DNA of 64,000 nt from Methylocella sp. (GCA_037200525.1 JBBCGG010000001.1:85526-149525); one strand, 5' to 3'. Shown: positions 33,151 through 45,533, counted from the stretch's first letter. Notes: generated from the sequence alone by a model not told the origin. Translations and numbers: made by a program.

Positions 33151-34560
33151 TCATGCCTTATCTCCCGCGGCGAGTTCACCGGGGAGCGCATAGGCCCATT
33201 GCGTAATATTGCCGGCGCCGAGAAGGACGACATAATCGCCCGGCATGGCCAGAGGACGGACGAGGCTTGCAAGATCGGCCGGACTTGGCAAGGCCAACGC
33301 TTGCCGATGCCCGCGCGCCTTGATCGCTGCGACAAGCGCGTCGCGATCAACTCCCTCGATCGGCGCTTCGCCGGCGGCGTAAACGTCGGCGACGATCACC
33401 ACGTCGGCGTCGTTGAAGCAGCCCGCGAATTCGTTGAACAGCGACTGCAGGCGAGTGTAGCGATGCGGTTGCACGACGGCGATGACGCGGCCCTTGGTGG
33501 AGGCCCGCGCCGCCCGCAAAACGGCGGCGATCTCGACCGGATGGTGGCCGTAGTCGTCAAATATTATCGCGCCGTTCCATTCGCCGGTGCGGGTGAACCG
33601 CCGCTTGACGCCGCCGAAATCGGCGAGCGCGCCGCGGATCGCGTCGGCGCTCATGCCAAGCTGATGCGCTACGGCGAGCGCTGCGGTCGCATTCAGGGCA
33701 TTGTGATGGCCGGGCATCGGCATCAGAATCTTTTCGATCACCGTCTGGCCGCCCGTCTTGCGATCGCGGATGATCGCGCTGAAACGCGAGATGCCTCCCG
33801 AAAGATCGATATCGACGAGCCTGACGTCAGCCTGCGGATTTTCGCCATAGGTGATGACGCGGCGGTCTTCGATCTGGCCGACAAGCTCCTGCACTGTCGG
33901 ATGATCGAGGCACATCACGGCGAAACCATAGAATGGAATATTCTCGATGAAGGCGCGGAAGGCCGCCTTGATTGCGTCGAATGTTCCAAAATGATCGAGA
34001 TGTTCGGGATCGATATTGGTGACGATCGCGACGTCGGCGGGCAATTTGAGGAATGTGCCGTCGCTTTCATCGGCCTCGACCACCATCCAGTCGCCGGCGC
34101 CGAGCCGCGAATTCGTGCCATAGGCGTTAATGATGCCGCCATTGATGACCGTTGGATCGAAACGGCCGGCCTCCAGCAATGTCGCAACGAGCGAGGTGGT
34201 GGTCGTCTTGCCATGAGTGCCGGCTATGGCGACGCATTGCTTGAGGCGCATGAGTTCGGCGAGCATTTCCGCGCGGCGCACCACAGGCAGCCGCTTCTCG
34301 CGCGCTAGCTCCAGCTCGGGATTGTCGCGCTTGATGGCGGTCGAGACGACGACCACTTCAGCTGCGCCAAGATTTGACGGGCGATGGCCGATATGGACCT
34401 CAGCGCCCTTCTTGCGCAAACGGAGAACATTGGCGTTCTCGGCGGCGTCCGAACCCTGAACGGCATAGCCGAGATTGAGCAAAACCTCGGCGATGCCGGA
34501 CATGCCAATGCCGCCGATGCCGATGAAATGAATGGGTCCTAGTTCCTGCGGAAGTTTCAT
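33151..34560 (-). CDS. murC: UDP-N-acetylmuramate--L-alanine ligase
   Basis: [18 protein letters not shown] and [10 protein letters not shown] Mur ligase motifs. Confidence 0.95.
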   Translation of the reverse strand: MKLPQELGPIHFIGIGGIGMSGIAEVLLNLGYAVQGSDAAENANVLRLRKKGAEVHIGHRPSNLGAAEVVVVSTAIKRDNPELELAREKRLPVVRRAEMLAELMRLKQCVAIAGTHGKTTTTSLVATLLEAGRFDPTVINGGIINAYGTNSRLGAGDWMVVEADESDGTFLKLPADVAIVTNIDPEHLDHFGTFDAIKAAFRAFIENIPFYGFAVMCLDHPTVQELVGQIEDRRVITYGENPQADVRLVDIDLSGGISRFSAIIRDRKTGGQTVIEKILMPMPGHHNALNATAALAVAHQLGMSADAIRGALADFGGVKRRFTRTGEWNGAIIFDDYGHHPVEIAAVLRAARASTKGRVIAVVQPHRYTRLQSLFNEFAGCFNDADVVIVADVYAAGEAPIEGVDRDALVAAIKARGHRQALALPSPADLASLVRPLAMPGDYVVLLGAGNITQWAYALPGELAAGDKA

Positions 34561-35675
34561 TGCTTCTTTTTCTGTTCAGTTTCGGCAACGATGCGAAGCA
34601 CGAGATCGGCGAGCCGATCGGCGGCGTCGGAAATGCCGGCGTTTTTCGCCGCCGTCGCGCGGCGGTCAAGATTTGCATGATCGCTTTGCGCCTCGATCAA
34701 GGCATTCGCCAGCCATTGCGGCGAAAATGCGCTTTGCGCGATGACGATGGCCGCGCCGCTGGCGGCGAACTGCTGCGCATTGGCGGCCTGATCCTGATCC
34801 AGCGCATGGGGTAGCGGAACCAGAATGGCGGACCGGCCGATCACGCCGAGTTCCGAAACCGTCGAGGCCCCGGCTCGGCCGATGACGAGATGCGCGGCGG
34901 CGATGCGATGCGGCAAGTCGGGAAAGAAAGGCTTGACCTCGGCATCAACGCCAAGGCGCTGATATGCCTCGCGCACTCGCGTCTCGTCTTCGCCGCGCGC
35001 CTGCTGGACCACAATAAGATGTTTGCGCGCGATATCCGGCATGAGTTCGATGGCGGCCGGGACCACATCCGACATGATCCGCGCGCCTTGGGAGCCTCCG
35101 GTGACGAGCAGCCGCAACTTCCCATCGGCAAAAGCGGGAAACGCGATTTTGGAGGCCTCGGTCACCATCGGGCGCACCGGGTCGCCGGTCAGATGCGCCT
35201 TGGCCGCGATTTTTTCACTGACGCCGCCGAGCGTCTCGAACCCTTTGGCGATGGCGTCGACGCGCGAGGCGAGGAACAAATTGGCTTTGCCGATCACCGC
35301 GTTGCCTTCATGCAGGACTGTCGGCACATGAAGATGCGTTGCCGCCAGAACGGGAGGCACGCTCGGATAACCGCCAAAGCCGACCAGCGCCAGAGGCCGA
35401 ATGCGTTTGATCAGGCTTCGCGCCGCGAGCGTTCCGCGCAGCAAAGCCAAACCAGCAGCGGCGCGCGAGACAATCCCGCCGCCTCTCGGCGATGCGGAGC
35501 TGACAATGTGAATTGCCCGAGCCGGAAACGCCGCGCCATATTTCTGGGCGCGCTCATCGGTAAAAAGTTCGACCGCAAAGCCCCGCGCCAAAAATGCGTT
35601 GCTCAAGGCTTCGGCCGGGAACAAGTGCCCCCCGGTGCCGCCGGCCGCTAGGAGAATCGGGCGCTTCTCGCTCAA
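34557..35675 (-). CDS. murG: undecaprenyldiphospho-muramoylpentapeptide beta-N-acetylglucosaminyltransferase
   Basis: [18 protein letters not shown] motif. The TTG start overlaps the ftsW stop (TTGA). The part of the 508-aa ORF upstream of this start is an out-of-frame overlap with ftsW. Confidence 0.92.
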   Translation of the reverse strand: MSEKRPILLAAGGTGGHLFPAEALSNAFLARGFAVELFTDERAQKYGAAFPARAIHIVSSASPRGGGIVSRAAAGLALLRGTLAARSLIKRIRPLALVGFGGYPSVPPVLAATHLHVPTVLHEGNAVIGKANLFLASRVDAIAKGFETLGGVSEKIAAKAHLTGDPVRPMVTEASKIAFPAFADGKLRLLVTGGSQGARIMSDVVPAAIELMPDIARKHLIVVQQARGEDETRVREAYQRLGVDAEVKPFFPDLPHRIAAAHLVIGRAGASTVSELGVIGRSAILVPLPHALDQDQAANAQQFAASGAAIVIAQSAFSPQWLANALIEAQSDHANLDRRATAAKNAGISDAADRLADLVLRIVAETEQKKKQ

Positions 35676-36811
35676 GCGTAGTTCTCCTGGGCGCTGGCGA
35701 GAATGCGAGATCCTGGCCGCTTTCGCATAACCGCAATCAGAAAGCCGATCGCCAGCGCCAGGGAGACCAGCGATGAGCCGCCGTAGGAAATGAAAGGCAA
35801 GGTCATGCCCTTGGCGGGCATGAGATGAAGATTGACCGCCATGTTGATCGCGCTCTGAATGCCGAACATCATGACGAGCCCAGCGGCGGCGAAGCGGCAG
35901 AACGGATCTTCGCTGCGCGAGGCGACGAACAGGCCGCGCAAGACGATGAAGGCGAAGATTGAAGCAATGACAAGGCAGGCGGCGATGCCGAATTCTTCGC
36001 CCGTGACCGCGAAGATAAAATCGGTGTGGGCGTCGGGAAGGATGCGCTTGACCGTGCCTTCGCCCGGCCCTTTGCCGAACCATCCGCCGGACAGAAAACT
36101 GTCCAGCGCCGTATCCACCTGGAATGTGTCGACGATGCCGCCGCCCGCTGCAGGATCAATAAATTTGATCACGCGCTCTCGAACGTGGGGAACGAGTTTA
36201 TAGGCGATCAAAACGCCGCCGAACCCCGCTCCGCCGATGCCGACCACCCAGAACCAATGCAGTCCGGCCATGAAGAAAAGCGCCGACCAGACCAGCGTGA
36301 TCAGCAGCGTCTGACCAAAGTCAGGTTGCAGGATCAGGGGGATGATCGTCAGCGGCAATAACAGCAGCGCAAACAAATTACCCGGCACGTCGCGCCGCCG
36401 GCCGCCCTCGGCGAAGGCCCAGGCCGCAAGAATAACGAAAGCAGGTTTTAGGAACTCAGAAGGCTGAACGCCAAAGATCCAGCGTCGCGACCCCTTCACT
36501 TCATGCCCAAAGAGCAGCGCGGCGATGATCAAAGCCAACGATACGACGAACACGACAAGCGCCACGCGCCGCACTTGCCGCGGCGAAAGGAAAGAGGTGA
36601 GAAGCAGCACGATTATGGTCGGGATCAACGCAAGAGCTTGCCGATGCACGAAATGAAACGTCGGCAGGCCAAGCCGCTCCGCAACTGGCGGACTGCCAGC
36701 CATGGTCAGAACCAGACCGAGGACGATCAGCGCCGCGACGGCAGCCAGCATCCAGCGATCGATCGTCCACCACCAGTTCGCCAAAGCCGAACGTTCCGCG
36801 CGCGATACCAT
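35672..36811 (-). CDS. ftsW: peptidoglycan glycosyltransferase FtsW
   Basis: Polytopic SEDS-family protein (QPSEFLKP, PDAHTDFIF, LPFISYGGSS). Confidence 0.93.
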   Translation of the reverse strand: MVSRAERSALANWWWTIDRWMLAAVAALIVLGLVLTMAGSPPVAERLGLPTFHFVHRQALALIPTIIVLLLTSFLSPRQVRRVALVVFVVSLALIIAALLFGHEVKGSRRWIFGVQPSEFLKPAFVILAAWAFAEGGRRRDVPGNLFALLLLPLTIIPLILQPDFGQTLLITLVWSALFFMAGLHWFWVVGIGGAGFGGVLIAYKLVPHVRERVIKFIDPAAGGGIVDTFQVDTALDSFLSGGWFGKGPGEGTVKRILPDAHTDFIFAVTGEEFGIAACLVIASIFAFIVLRGLFVASRSEDPFCRFAAAGLVMMFGIQSAINMAVNLHLMPAKGMTLPFISYGGSSLVSLALAIGFLIAVMRKRPGSRILASAQENYA

Positions 36812-36841
36812 ATCTTGCGTCCCCCAACCTCTCGCCGCCGC

Positions 36842-38230
36842 TTAAGTCTTCCCCGCAATCAAGGCTTTGGCGAGATCGCGAAAACGATCGCCGCGCTTTT
36901 CAAAATCCGAAAACTGATCGAACGAGGCGCAGGCCGGCGACAACAGAACCACAGGATCGTCGATCGCGCTTTCTTCTGCGTCCCGCGCCGCTTTTGGAAC
37001 GGCGTTTTCCAGCGTTTCGCGAAATTCAAATGGGAAAGAATCGCCGATCGTCGCCGCAAATTCCGCGCTCGCCTCGCCGATCAGATACGCTTTGACGATC
37101 TTCGGGAACAAGGGCCGCAGCGGCTCGATGCCGCCCTGTTTCGCCCGGCCGCCAAGGATCCAGAAGATTCTGTCAAACGACAATAGCGCCTTTTCGGCGG
37201 CGTCGGCGTTGGTCGCTTTGGAATCATTGACGAGCAGAACTTTACCTTTGCGTCCGACCTCCTCGAGACGATGCGCAAGGCCGGGGAAGGTGGAAAGGCC
37301 CTTCGCGACGCAATCGACATCGAGACCGAGGCAACTCAGCGCCGCGACGGCCGCGGCGGCATTCTGCCCATTATGCGCGCCGCGCAGCGAAGCGATGCCG
37401 GACAAATCCGCGATCAGGCTGGATCGCCCGCCGGCGCGGCGAAAGAGGGATGAGCCCTCGAAGACGACGCCGTTCTCAATCTTGCGGCCAGCCGCCGAAA
37501 TCTGCATGACCTGCCGCCCTGCCGCGGTCAATTCCTCCGCGATCTTGCGCGTAAAATCATCATCGACGCCGATCACGGCGTGGTCGGCGTTGCGAACCAG
37601 CCGCGCCTTGATGGCGGCGTAGTTTTCCATTGTCCCATGGCGATCAAGATGGTCCGGAGTGACGTTGAGAAGAATGCCGACGGAGGCGTCAAGCGAGGGC
37701 GAAAGATCGACCTGATAGGACGAACACTCAATCACATGGACGCGGTCGCGGCTCGGCGGCTGCAAGGCCAGAATGGGCGTGCCGATATTGCCGCCGATCT
37801 CGACGGAATGACCCATGCTGCGAAACAAATGCGCGACAAGCGCCGTCGTCGTCGATTTTCCATTGGTGCCAGTGATCGCGACGAAGGGCGCCCCTGGCGC
37901 AATTTTTTTGCGCTCGCGACAAAAAAGTTCGATGTCGCCGATGACTTCAACCCCGGCCTCCTTCGCCTTCAGCACGGTCCAATGCGGCGCCGGATGCGTC
38001 AGCGGCACGCCGGGAGCGAGCGCCAGCGCCGCAAACTCCCGCCAATCCGCCGACGCCAAATTTTCTATTCTCAGTCCCACAGCGCGCGCCTTTTCCCGCG
38101 CGTGCTCATTGTCGTCCCAAACCTTCACTCGCGCCCCGCCCGCGACGAGCGCTTGCGCCGTGACAAATCCCGAACCGCCGAGACCGAAGACGGCGACGGA
38201 TTTGTCCTTGAAGACCGTGACCGGGGTCAT
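36842..38230 (-). CDS. murD: UDP-N-acetylmuramoylalanine--D-glutamate ligase
   Basis: GTNGKSTTT Mur ligase motif and N-terminal Rossmann GLGGSG. Confidence 0.95.
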   Translation of the reverse strand: MTPVTVFKDKSVAVFGLGGSGFVTAQALVAGGARVKVWDDNEHAREKARAVGLRIENLASADWREFAALALAPGVPLTHPAPHWTVLKAKEAGVEVIGDIELFCRERKKIAPGAPFVAITGTNGKSTTTALVAHLFRSMGHSVEIGGNIGTPILALQPPSRDRVHVIECSSYQVDLSPSLDASVGILLNVTPDHLDRHGTMENYAAIKARLVRNADHAVIGVDDDFTRKIAEELTAAGRQVMQISAAGRKIENGVVFEGSSLFRRAGGRSSLIADLSGIASLRGAHNGQNAAAAVAALSCLGLDVDCVAKGLSTFPGLAHRLEEVGRKGKVLLVNDSKATNADAAEKALLSFDRIFWILGGRAKQGGIEPLRPLFPKIVKAYLIGEASAEFAATIGDSFPFEFRETLENAVPKAARDAEESAIDDPVVLLSPACASFDQFSDFEKRGDRFRDLAKALIAGKT

Positions 38231-38233
38231 TTT

Positions 38234-39316
38234 TTACCTCAGCTTCAGGGTCGAGAGGCCGATCAGCGCCAGCACGAAGGCAATGATCCAGAATCGCACC
38301 ACGACCTGCGACTCGGACCAGCCGAGCTGCTCGAAATGGTGGTGGATCGGAGCCATCTTGAAGACGCGTTTGCCGGTCAGCTTGAACGAGATGACTTGCA
38401 CGATGACCGAAAGAGTCTCGACGACAAAAAGGCCGCCGACGATCCCCAAAACGATCTCGTGCTTGACCGCGACGGCGATGGTGCCGAGCAGTCCGCCAAG
38501 AGCGAGCGATCCGGTGTCGCCCATAAAGATCTGCGCCGGCGGGGCGTTGAACCAGAGAAAGCCAAGACCTGCGCCAATCACGGCCCCAGTGATGACAGCG
38601 AGTTCTCCGGCGCCGGGGACGAAATTAATGCCGAGATAGGTCGAGAAAATCGCATTGCCGGCAAGATAGGCGATGATGCCAAAGGCGCCCGTCGCGATCA
38701 TCACCGGCACGATGGCGAGACCATCCAATCCGTCGGTGAGGTTGACCGCATTGCCGGCGGCGACGATGACAAACGGCCCGAAAATGAGAAAGAACAGGCC
38801 AAGGTCGGCGACGAACCCATTTACGGCCGGCAAAGCAAGCGCAGTCGTATGGGGCGTGCCTAGCTTCATCATCGCAAAACAAGCGATCACCGCAATCGCG
38901 ACCTCGCACAGAAGCCGCCGCCGTCCCGAAAAGCCATTATGCGATTGCTTCGTGACCTTCAGATAATCATCGTAAAAGCCGATCAGCCCGAAGCCGGTCA
39001 TGACGAAGAGAACAATCCAGACATAATGATTGTGCAGATTGGCCCAGAGCAAGGTGGAGACGATGAGCCCCGAAAGGATCATCAATCCGCCCATCGTCGG
39101 CGTCCCCTTTTTGGTCAGGAGATGCGACTGCGGACCGTCGTCGCGGATCGGTTGCCCTTTGCCTTGTTTGAGGCGCAAGGCCGCGATGATCCGAGGCCCA
39201 AGGAAGAACACGAAAAACAACGCCGTCGCGGTGGCTCCGCTAGTGCGGAACGTAATGTAGCGAAATAGGTTGAGCGGTCCAAAAAGGGTCGAAAACTCAG
39301 CGAGCCAGGTCAACAT
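38234..39316 (-). CDS. mraY: phospho-N-acetylmuramoyl-pentapeptide transferase
   Basis: [18 protein letters not shown] and HHHFE motifs. Confidence 0.95.
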   Translation of the reverse strand: MLTWLAEFSTLFGPLNLFRYITFRTSGATATALFFVFFLGPRIIAALRLKQGKGQPIRDDGPQSHLLTKKGTPTMGGLMILSGLIVSTLLWANLHNHYVWIVLFVMTGFGLIGFYDDYLKVTKQSHNGFSGRRRLLCEVAIAVIACFAMMKLGTPHTTALALPAVNGFVADLGLFFLIFGPFVIVAAGNAVNLTDGLDGLAIVPVMIATGAFGIIAYLAGNAIFSTYLGINFVPGAGELAVITGAVIGAGLGFLWFNAPPAQIFMGDTGSLALGGLLGTIAVAVKHEIVLGIVGGLFVVETLSVIVQVISFKLTGKRVFKMAPIHHHFEQLGWSESQVVVRFWIIAFVLALIGLSTLKLR

Positions 39317-39317
39317 T

Positions 39318-40823
39318 TCATGAATCCCGCCGGGTTTGCGCCGCGTCCAAATCCGCGCCGCGCTGTTTCAACGCGCCGACGATCGCGCTCATTTTGCTGC
39401 CGTTCGATCCCTTGACGATGACGATGTCGCCGGCCCGAATCGCGGCGGCGACCGCAGGCTCGAGTGCGCTGGCGGCTTCGCGCCATTTGCCCCGCAAGGG
39501 CTTCGGCAACGCATCAAACAAATGCTTCACCAATGGTCCCGCCGCATAGACGAGATCGATATGATTGGCTCTGATATCCTCGGCGAGTTCCGCGTGCATC
39601 GCGCCGGCGTCGCGGCCGAGTTCGAGCATGTCGCCAAGAACCGCGATGCGGCGCCCTGGCTCCTCAAGAGGCAAAGCGCCAGCCAGCTCAAAAGCCGCGC
39701 GCATCGACGCGGGATTGGCGTTGTAGCTTTCATCGATCAATGTGTAAGGCCCATCCTTTGCGTTGAGAGTCAGCCTCTGGCCGCGTCCCGGCTGGGCGGC
39801 GAAAAAAGCCGACGCGCCTGCGGCGACGTCGAGATCTACGCCAAAAGCTTTGGCGGCGAGCAGAACGCTGAGTGAATTCATGGCGAGATGGCGCCCCGGC
39901 GCGCCGAGACGATAGATCAGGCGCCGGCCGCAGACGATCGCCTCGACGATCGAGTGGTCCGCCGCCAGTTTCACGCTGATCAATTTTGCGTCCGCGTTTT
40001 CATGTTCGCCGAAGCTCGCGACATGGCCGGCGGCGGAGTCCTTCGCGTGACCGAGAAGGCGCTCATAATGCGCATTGTCGCGCGGCAGAATCGCGACGCC
40101 GCCGGGCGTCAGGCCGGAAAAGATCTCGGCCTTGGCGTCGGCGATCGCCTCGACGCTGTCGAAATTCTCGATATGGACTGGAGCGACCGCCGTGATGATC
40201 GCCACATGCGGGCGCACCATCGCGGCGAGGGGCGCGATTTCGCCGTGGTGGTTCATGCCGATTTCGAAAATGCCGAATTGCGATGGCTTTGGCATGCGCG
40301 CAAGGGTCAGCGGCACGCCCCAATGATTGTTGTAGGAGGCGACCGAGGCGTGTGCGCCCCCGCCCTGCGTCAGCACCAGCCGCAAAGCCTCTTTCGTCGA
40401 TGTCTTGCCAACAGACCCTGTGACAGCGACGATGCGCGCTTTTGTGCGCGCCCGCGCGGCGACGCCGAGCCGCTCCAGAGCTGGAAGAACATCGCGGACG
40501 ACATACAGCGGACCCAGCTGCGCCAGCGCATCAGCATGGGCTTCATCGACTACCGCCGCAAGGGCTCCTTTGGCGAAAGCCGCGGCGACGTAATCATGGC
40601 CATCGCTGTTGGCGCCGTTGATGGCGAAAAAGAGATCGCCGCTTTGAAGCGTTCGTGTGTCGATCGAAATTCCGTTCGCGCCGCCTTGTGGAACGCCCCC
40701 GCTCACCCGCGCCGCAAGAGGCGCGACAAGCCCAAGACTGGTCCACAAAATATCGCCGGGCCCCCCAGTCGCGCCGTCTCTTGCCTGCGGCTCCGGGGCG
40801 TCGCGGATGCTGATCTCGCTCAT
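39318..40823 (-). CDS. murF: UDP-N-acetylmuramoyl-tripeptide--D-alanyl-D-alanine ligase
   Basis: [10 protein letters not shown] motif, and ESYNANP / LGDMLELG regions. Confidence 0.93.
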   Translation of the reverse strand: MSEISIRDAPEPQARDGATGGPGDILWTSLGLVAPLAARVSGGVPQGGANGISIDTRTLQSGDLFFAINGANSDGHDYVAAAFAKGALAAVVDEAHADALAQLGPLYVVRDVLPALERLGVAARARTKARIVAVTGSVGKTSTKEALRLVLTQGGGAHASVASYNNHWGVPLTLARMPKPSQFGIFEIGMNHHGEIAPLAAMVRPHVAIITAVAPVHIENFDSVEAIADAKAEIFSGLTPGGVAILPRDNAHYERLLGHAKDSAAGHVASFGEHENADAKLISVKLAADHSIVEAIVCGRRLIYRLGAPGRHLAMNSLSVLLAAKAFGVDLDVAAGASAFFAAQPGRGQRLTLNAKDGPYTLIDESYNANPASMRAAFELAGALPLEEPGRRIAVLGDMLELGRDAGAMHAELAEDIRANHIDLVYAAGPLVKHLFDALPKPLRGKWREAASALEPAVAAAIRAGDIVIVKGSNGSKMSAIVGALKQRGADLDAAQTRRDS

Positions 40824-42280
40824 GCCGCATAATCCTTCAGCGCCGCGCGGACGCAGTCGGAATCCGAAAACGGCAGCGTGATGTCGCCGACGATCTGGCC
40901 GGTTTCATGACCTTTGCCGGCGATGAGAAGCCCATCATCGGGGCCAAGCAAAGCGACCGCTTCGGCGATCGCGCTCGCCCTGTCGCCGATTTCGCGGACA
41001 TTTGCCGCCCCGGCGGCCCCGGCCAGGATGGCTTTGCGGATCGCGGCCGGATTTTCCGAGCGTGGGTTGTCGTCGGTAACGATGACCAAATCGGCGAGCC
41101 GCGCCGCCACATCGCCCATGATCGGACGCTTTCCCGGGTCGCGGTCGCCGCCGCAGCCGAAAACGACAACGAGCTTCCCGCGCAAATAAGGCCTCAGCGT
41201 GCGGAGAACCTTGTCGAGCGCATCGGGCTTATGGGCATAATCGACATAGATCGGCGCGCCCTGGCGCTGTCCGACGCGTTCGAGGCGCCCCGGCGCGCCC
41301 TCGATCCGCTCCAGCGCGGCGAAGACCGTGTCGGAAGGGCTTCCCGTCGCCAGGCAAAGCCCCGCCGCAACGAGGGCGTTCGAGGCTTGAAAGGCGCCGG
41401 CAAGCGGGAGCGTCAGCTTAACGGCCTCCCCTGCGTAAGCGATCTCCAGCCGCGTCGAAACATTGTCCGGCTGCGCGGCGAGAAGTTTTAGCGTTTGGCC
41501 TTTGCGCCCGGTGCTGAAAACACGGAGCCCCCGCGCCTCGCAGGCGGCTATGACCTTCTCGGCCACACCGCTGTCGGCGTCGACCACGGCGCTCTGGCCC
41601 GGCTCCAACAAGCGCTCGAACAGCTGAAGCTTGGCGGCAAAATAGTCTTCGAGCGTCGCATGATAGTCGAGATGGTCGCGCGACAGATTGGTGAAGGCCG
41701 CAGCCTTGAGCCGCACGCCATCGAGCCTGTGCTGAACAATTCCGTGGGAGGAAGCCTCCAGCGCTAGATGCGTGACGCCGGCCCCGGCGAGTTGATCCAG
41801 CGTTTTGTGTAAGGTCACGGAATCGGGCGTCGTCAGCGAACCGTAAACCGACCCCGACGGCGCAACGACCCCAAGCGTGCCTAAAGAGGCGGCGGCTAAA
41901 CCTTGCGCAGCCCAGATCTGGCGCACGAAGGCCGCGACCGAGGTTTTGCCGCTGGTCCCGGTGATGGCGACGACAGTTTCGGGCTGGCGCGGAAAGAATT
42001 GCGCGCTCGCCTTCGCCAGAGCGGCGCGCGCGTCATCGACCTTGATAAAGACGCCGGCTCCAATCGGCATTTCGGGCGCGCGCTCGCCGACGATCGCGAA
42101 GGCTCCCTGCCGCACCGCTTGCGGCGCGAAGGCGAGCCCATCCGTTTTTGTCCCAGGCAAAGCGAAAAACACGGTTCCAACTGTCGCGGCGCGGCTGTCG
42201 CAGCTGACGCCCGCAACTTCCCGGCCAGCAAAATCCTGTGGGATTTCAATGTCTGGAAGCAGCTCGGAAAGGCGCATCAA
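40820..42280 (-). CDS. murE: UDP-N-acetylmuramoyl-L-alanyl-D-glutamate--2,6-diaminopimelate ligase
   Basis: GTSGKTS motif, DNPR motif and VDYAHKPDAL. Confidence 0.93.
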   Translation of the reverse strand: MMRLSELLPDIEIPQDFAGREVAGVSCDSRAATVGTVFFALPGTKTDGLAFAPQAVRQGAFAIVGERAPEMPIGAGVFIKVDDARAALAKASAQFFPRQPETVVAITGTSGKTSVAAFVRQIWAAQGLAAASLGTLGVVAPSGSVYGSLTTPDSVTLHKTLDQLAGAGVTHLALEASSHGIVQHRLDGVRLKAAAFTNLSRDHLDYHATLEDYFAAKLQLFERLLEPGQSAVVDADSGVAEKVIAACEARGLRVFSTGRKGQTLKLLAAQPDNVSTRLEIAYAGEAVKLTLPLAGAFQASNALVAAGLCLATGSPSDTVFAALERIEGAPGRLERVGQRQGAPIYVDYAHKPDALDKVLRTLRPYLRGKLVVVFGCGGDRDPGKRPIMGDVAARLADLVIVTDDNPRSENPAAIRKAILAGAAGAANVREIGDRASAIAEAVALLGPDDGLLIAGKGHETGQIVGDITLPFSDSDCVRAALKDYAA

Positions 42281-44085
42281 TGCTCCTTTCCGCCGGTCGC
42301 CGGCACGTTGGCCTGGCTATAGCCAAGCTTGGCGAGCAGCGGGAACGGCTGCGTCGGCAGCTCAAATCGCGGCGGAATGCCAAGCAAAGGCCCGACCCTC
42401 TCGATGATCTTGCCGGTGACGCTGCCGGAATTCCACGCCGCCGTGCGATATCCGCCGGTCTCCGGCAGACCTTGCGGCTCGTCCATCAGCGTCAAAATCA
42501 AATATTTCGGCTTGTCGGCCGGCAGAATCGCCATAAAAGTCGTGAACACCTTATCCTTGGCGTAATGTCCGTGGACGATTTTGTCGGCGGTGCCAGTCTT
42601 GCCGCCAATGAAATAGCCCTTGATGTCGGCCATTTTCGCCGAACCGATTTCCGCGTTGAGACGCATCAGATAACGAAGCGACTCCGAGGTCTCGGGTTTG
42701 ATGACGCGCGGCGCGTCTTTCTTAGCCTCCTCCTCGTTCCTCTTCAAGAAGGTCGGGTTGACCAGCAGTCCACCATTGGAAAGCGCGCCAACAGCCATCA
42801 TCGCCTGCAAGGGAGCAACATTAAGGCCCTGTCCGAAGGCGATCGTCATTGTATTGAGCTCGCCCCAGTTTTTGGGAACCAGCGGGTCGGCCGTCTCGGG
42901 CAATTCCGTGTGCAGACGGGTCAACTGCCCCATTTTGCGCAGGAAAGCCTTGTGTCCTTCGACGCCAACCATCAGCGCCATGCGCGCGGCGCCGATATTC
43001 GATGAGAAAGTGAAAACCTCCGGCACTGTCAAAAGCCGGTGCTGAGCGTGGAAATCGTGGATCGTAAAGCGGCCGTAACGGAGCGAATCCCGCGCGTCGA
43101 TCCGCGAATTGAGATTGACCTTCCCCTGATCGAGCGCCATTGCGACGGAAATCGCCTTGAAGGTCGAGCCCATTTCATAAACGCCGACGGAGATGCGGTT
43201 GATGTGGTTGGGATCCAGCGCGTCAGCCGGATCGTTCGGATCGTAATCCGGCAGCGACGCCATCGCGATGACTTCGCCGGTATTGATGTCGAGGATGACG
43301 GCGCCGCCCGCCTTCGCCTTGAACTTGGCGATGCCCTTGGCCAGTTCGTCGCGCACGGCGAAAGTCGCCTTGAGATCGAGCGAGCTAACGATCGGCTTCA
43401 GATCTTCCGGCGTCAGACTGAAGCCCGCACCATGCAGATCTGCCAGGCCCTGGCCGTCGATGTATTTTTCGAGCCCCGAGATGCCGACGCCGTCGAGATT
43501 GGCGAAACCCAGAACATGGGCGGCCACAGGGCCATTGGGATAGACTCGCTTGTTTTCAGGCAAAAACCCAACGCCCGGAAGGCCTAGGCGATAGACTTCC
43601 TGCTGCTGTTTTGGCGTGATCGCGCGTTTGACCCAGACGAACCCCTTGCGCGAACCAAGGCGCGTGCGCAGCTCGGTCGCGTCGACATCCGGAAGCACGG
43701 CGGTGAGAAGCTCGACCGCCTCATCCTTGTCGATGATGCGGCGCGGTTCGGCAAAAACCGACATGACTTTGACGTCGGTCGCCAGAACTTCGCCGTTGCG
43801 GTCGAGAATATCGGGCCGCGCCGCGGCGACGACATCGGTCCCGCCGCGTTTGGCGCTCCCTGTCTGCTGCTCCTGATGCAGACCGAAATAGATCAACTTG
43901 CCGCCGATGATTGCATAAAGGGCGATAAAGACGCAGGCGATCAGTTTAATGCGCCCAGAGCTTTTGTGGAGCTTCGTCGAAAATACATCAACGAGAATGC
44001 TCTTTATTCGACCGCGACTCGGGGTTATTCCGCCCGGCGCTACGCTCTCCCCATCTCTGTCATGAGAATCAAAGCCCTCAACCAT
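42277..44085 (-). CDS. ftsI: peptidoglycan D,D-transpeptidase FtsI (PBP3)
   Basis: N-terminal anchor and transpeptidase motifs STFK, SSN and KTGT. Confidence 0.93.
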   Translation of the reverse strand: MVEGFDSHDRDGESVAPGGITPSRGRIKSILVDVFSTKLHKSSGRIKLIACVFIALYAIIGGKLIYFGLHQEQQTGSAKRGGTDVVAAARPDILDRNGEVLATDVKVMSVFAEPRRIIDKDEAVELLTAVLPDVDATELRTRLGSRKGFVWVKRAITPKQQQEVYRLGLPGVGFLPENKRVYPNGPVAAHVLGFANLDGVGISGLEKYIDGQGLADLHGAGFSLTPEDLKPIVSSLDLKATFAVRDELAKGIAKFKAKAGGAVILDINTGEVIAMASLPDYDPNDPADALDPNHINRISVGVYEMGSTFKAISVAMALDQGKVNLNSRIDARDSLRYGRFTIHDFHAQHRLLTVPEVFTFSSNIGAARMALMVGVEGHKAFLRKMGQLTRLHTELPETADPLVPKNWGELNTMTIAFGQGLNVAPLQAMMAVGALSNGGLLVNPTFLKRNEEEAKKDAPRVIKPETSESLRYLMRLNAEIGSAKMADIKGYFIGGKTGTADKIVHGHYAKDKVFTTFMAILPADKPKYLILTLMDEPQGLPETGGYRTAAWNSGSVTGKIIERVGPLLGIPPRFELPTQPFPLLAKLGYSQANVPATGGKEH

Positions 44086-44098
44086 ATTGGCGCCAACT

Positions 44099-44491
44099 TC
44101 ATCTTGTCAGGGTGGACGGGGTGGTTGGCCCCGCGACGGAGCCCTCATTCGGCGTATTGGTCGGCTCCGCCAATCCAAGCGCTTCGAGCTTGTCGCCGAT
44201 CGCGTCGGTCCTCGCGGTCTTCGACGGCAGAGCGTCGGCGTTGGCGATCTGGCGCAAGGAAACTGGCTGCAGAGTGAGGAATTTGTCGGCGAGGGCCTCA
44301 ATGCGCTCCGGCCGCGTCAGATGCGCCCATTCGGCGCGCAACATGGCGATCTGATCCTGCTCTTCCTTGATCTCGTGTTTCAGCTTCACGATTCTTTCGG
44401 CGTGGAAAATCGTCTCGTATTTGATCGAATAGGCATAAATCGCCGAACCGATCAGCGCCGCGACCGCGAGGAGGTTCAGAAAGCGCACCAT
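44099..44491 (-). CDS. ftsL: cell division protein FtsL (alphaproteobacterial type)
   Basis: Small bitopic protein with a TM segment (LNLLAVAALIGSAIYAY) and a coiled-coil, in the canonical position between rsmH and ftsI. Confidence 0.75.
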   Translation of the reverse strand: MVRFLNLLAVAALIGSAIYAYSIKYETIFHAERIVKLKHEIKEEQDQIAMLRAEWAHLTRPERIEALADKFLTLQPVSLRQIANADALPSKTARTDAIGDKLEALGLAEPTNTPNEGSVAGPTTPSTLTR

Positions 44492-44492
44492 C

Positions 44493-45533
44493 TCAACGCC
44501 CCTTCGGATTGCGCTGCGGCAGTCTTGCGAGCGCTAGAAGATTGTCGCCGACAGGCCGCGGCGGGGCCGATGTGCGCACCCCGTGGCGCAGCTTTGCGGA
44601 GCGCGCGCGCGGATTGGCGGCGACCTCGGAATCTGAGGGCGTCACCGGCTGTTTGCCAGGCAAAAGGAAGGTCGGCGGCGGCGGCGGCGCTTCGCCCGGC
44701 AGCAGCCGCGACGGCGCCGCCCCGCGTCCCGAACGGCTCGCGAAAAACTGCTTGACGATGCGATCTTCGAGCGAATGGAAAGTCACGACGACGAGCTTTC
44801 CACCGGGCCTCAGGATCGATTCCGCGCCGGCGAGCGCCCGGACGAGTTCGCCGAGCTCATCGTTGACGGCGATCCTCAGCGCCTGAAAACTGCGCGTCGC
44901 CGGATGCATCTCGCCGGGTTTGCCCGGCGCGACGCGAGAGATCATTCCGGCCAATGCTGCGGTGGAGACGAAAGGCGCTTGGGCGCGATCCATGACGATC
45001 GCGCGCGCGATCCGCCGCGATGCGCGCTCCTCGCCGAAATAATAGAGGATGTCGGCGAGCGTCGCCTCCTCCGCCGTATTGACGATATCCGCCGCGCTCT
45101 GCCCCGCGCGCTCCATGCGCATGTCGAGAGGGCCATCGTTGCGAAAAGAAAAGCCGCGATCCGCATCGTCGACCTGCATGGAGGACACGCCGATATCGAG
45201 CACAACAGCATCGAAATCGGTAAGCTCCAGTCGGCGCGCCGCCTCGACGAGTCCAGAAAAGCGCGCCTGAACGAGAGAAAGCCGCCCCTCGGCCTGCCGC
45301 GCCAGCAAGGCTCCCTCGGCGATCGCTACAGGATCGCGATCGAGCGCCAACACCCGCGCGCCCTGGGACGCGAGAAGCGCGCGCGAATAGCCGCCGGCCC
45401 CGAAAGTGGCGTCAAGATAGAGACCGCCCTCCTGCGGATCGATGATTTGGATGACTTCATCACGAAGCACGGGAACGTGCCGGGCCGGTCCGCCAGCGGC
45501 GAGAAGATCCTCATCGCCGCGACCCGAAGTCAT
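44493..45533 (-). CDS. rsmH: 16S rRNA (cytosine1402-N4)-methyltransferase
   Basis: HVPVL...DATFGAGGYS and DLGVSS-type (DIGVSSMQ) motifs. The ATG at 45533 overlaps the mraZ stop (ATGA). The rest of the 462-aa ORF overlaps mraZ out of frame. Confidence 0.92.
   Translation of the reverse strand: MTSGRGDEDLLAAGGPARHVPVLRDEVIQIIDPQEGGLYLDATFGAGGYSRALLASQGARVLALDRDPVAIAEGALLARQAEGRLSLVQARFSGLVEAARRLELTDFDAVVLDIGVSSMQVDDADRGFSFRNDGPLDMRMERAGQSAADIVNTAEEATLADILYYFGEERASRRIARAIVMDRAQAPFVSTAALAGMISRVAPGKPGEMHPATRSFQALRIAVNDELGELVRALAGAESILRPGGKLVVVTFHSLEDRIVKQFFASRSGRGAAPSRLLPGEAPPPPPTFLLPGKQPVTPSDSEVAANPRARSAKLRHGVRTSAPPRPVGDNLLALARLPQRNPKGR

Noticed and set aside
35676-36083. N-terminal 136-aa extension of the 508-aa ORF containing murG
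   Set aside because: The extension overlaps the ftsW coding region out of frame and has Arg/His-rich composition. MurG homology starts at the TTG that overlaps the ftsW stop.
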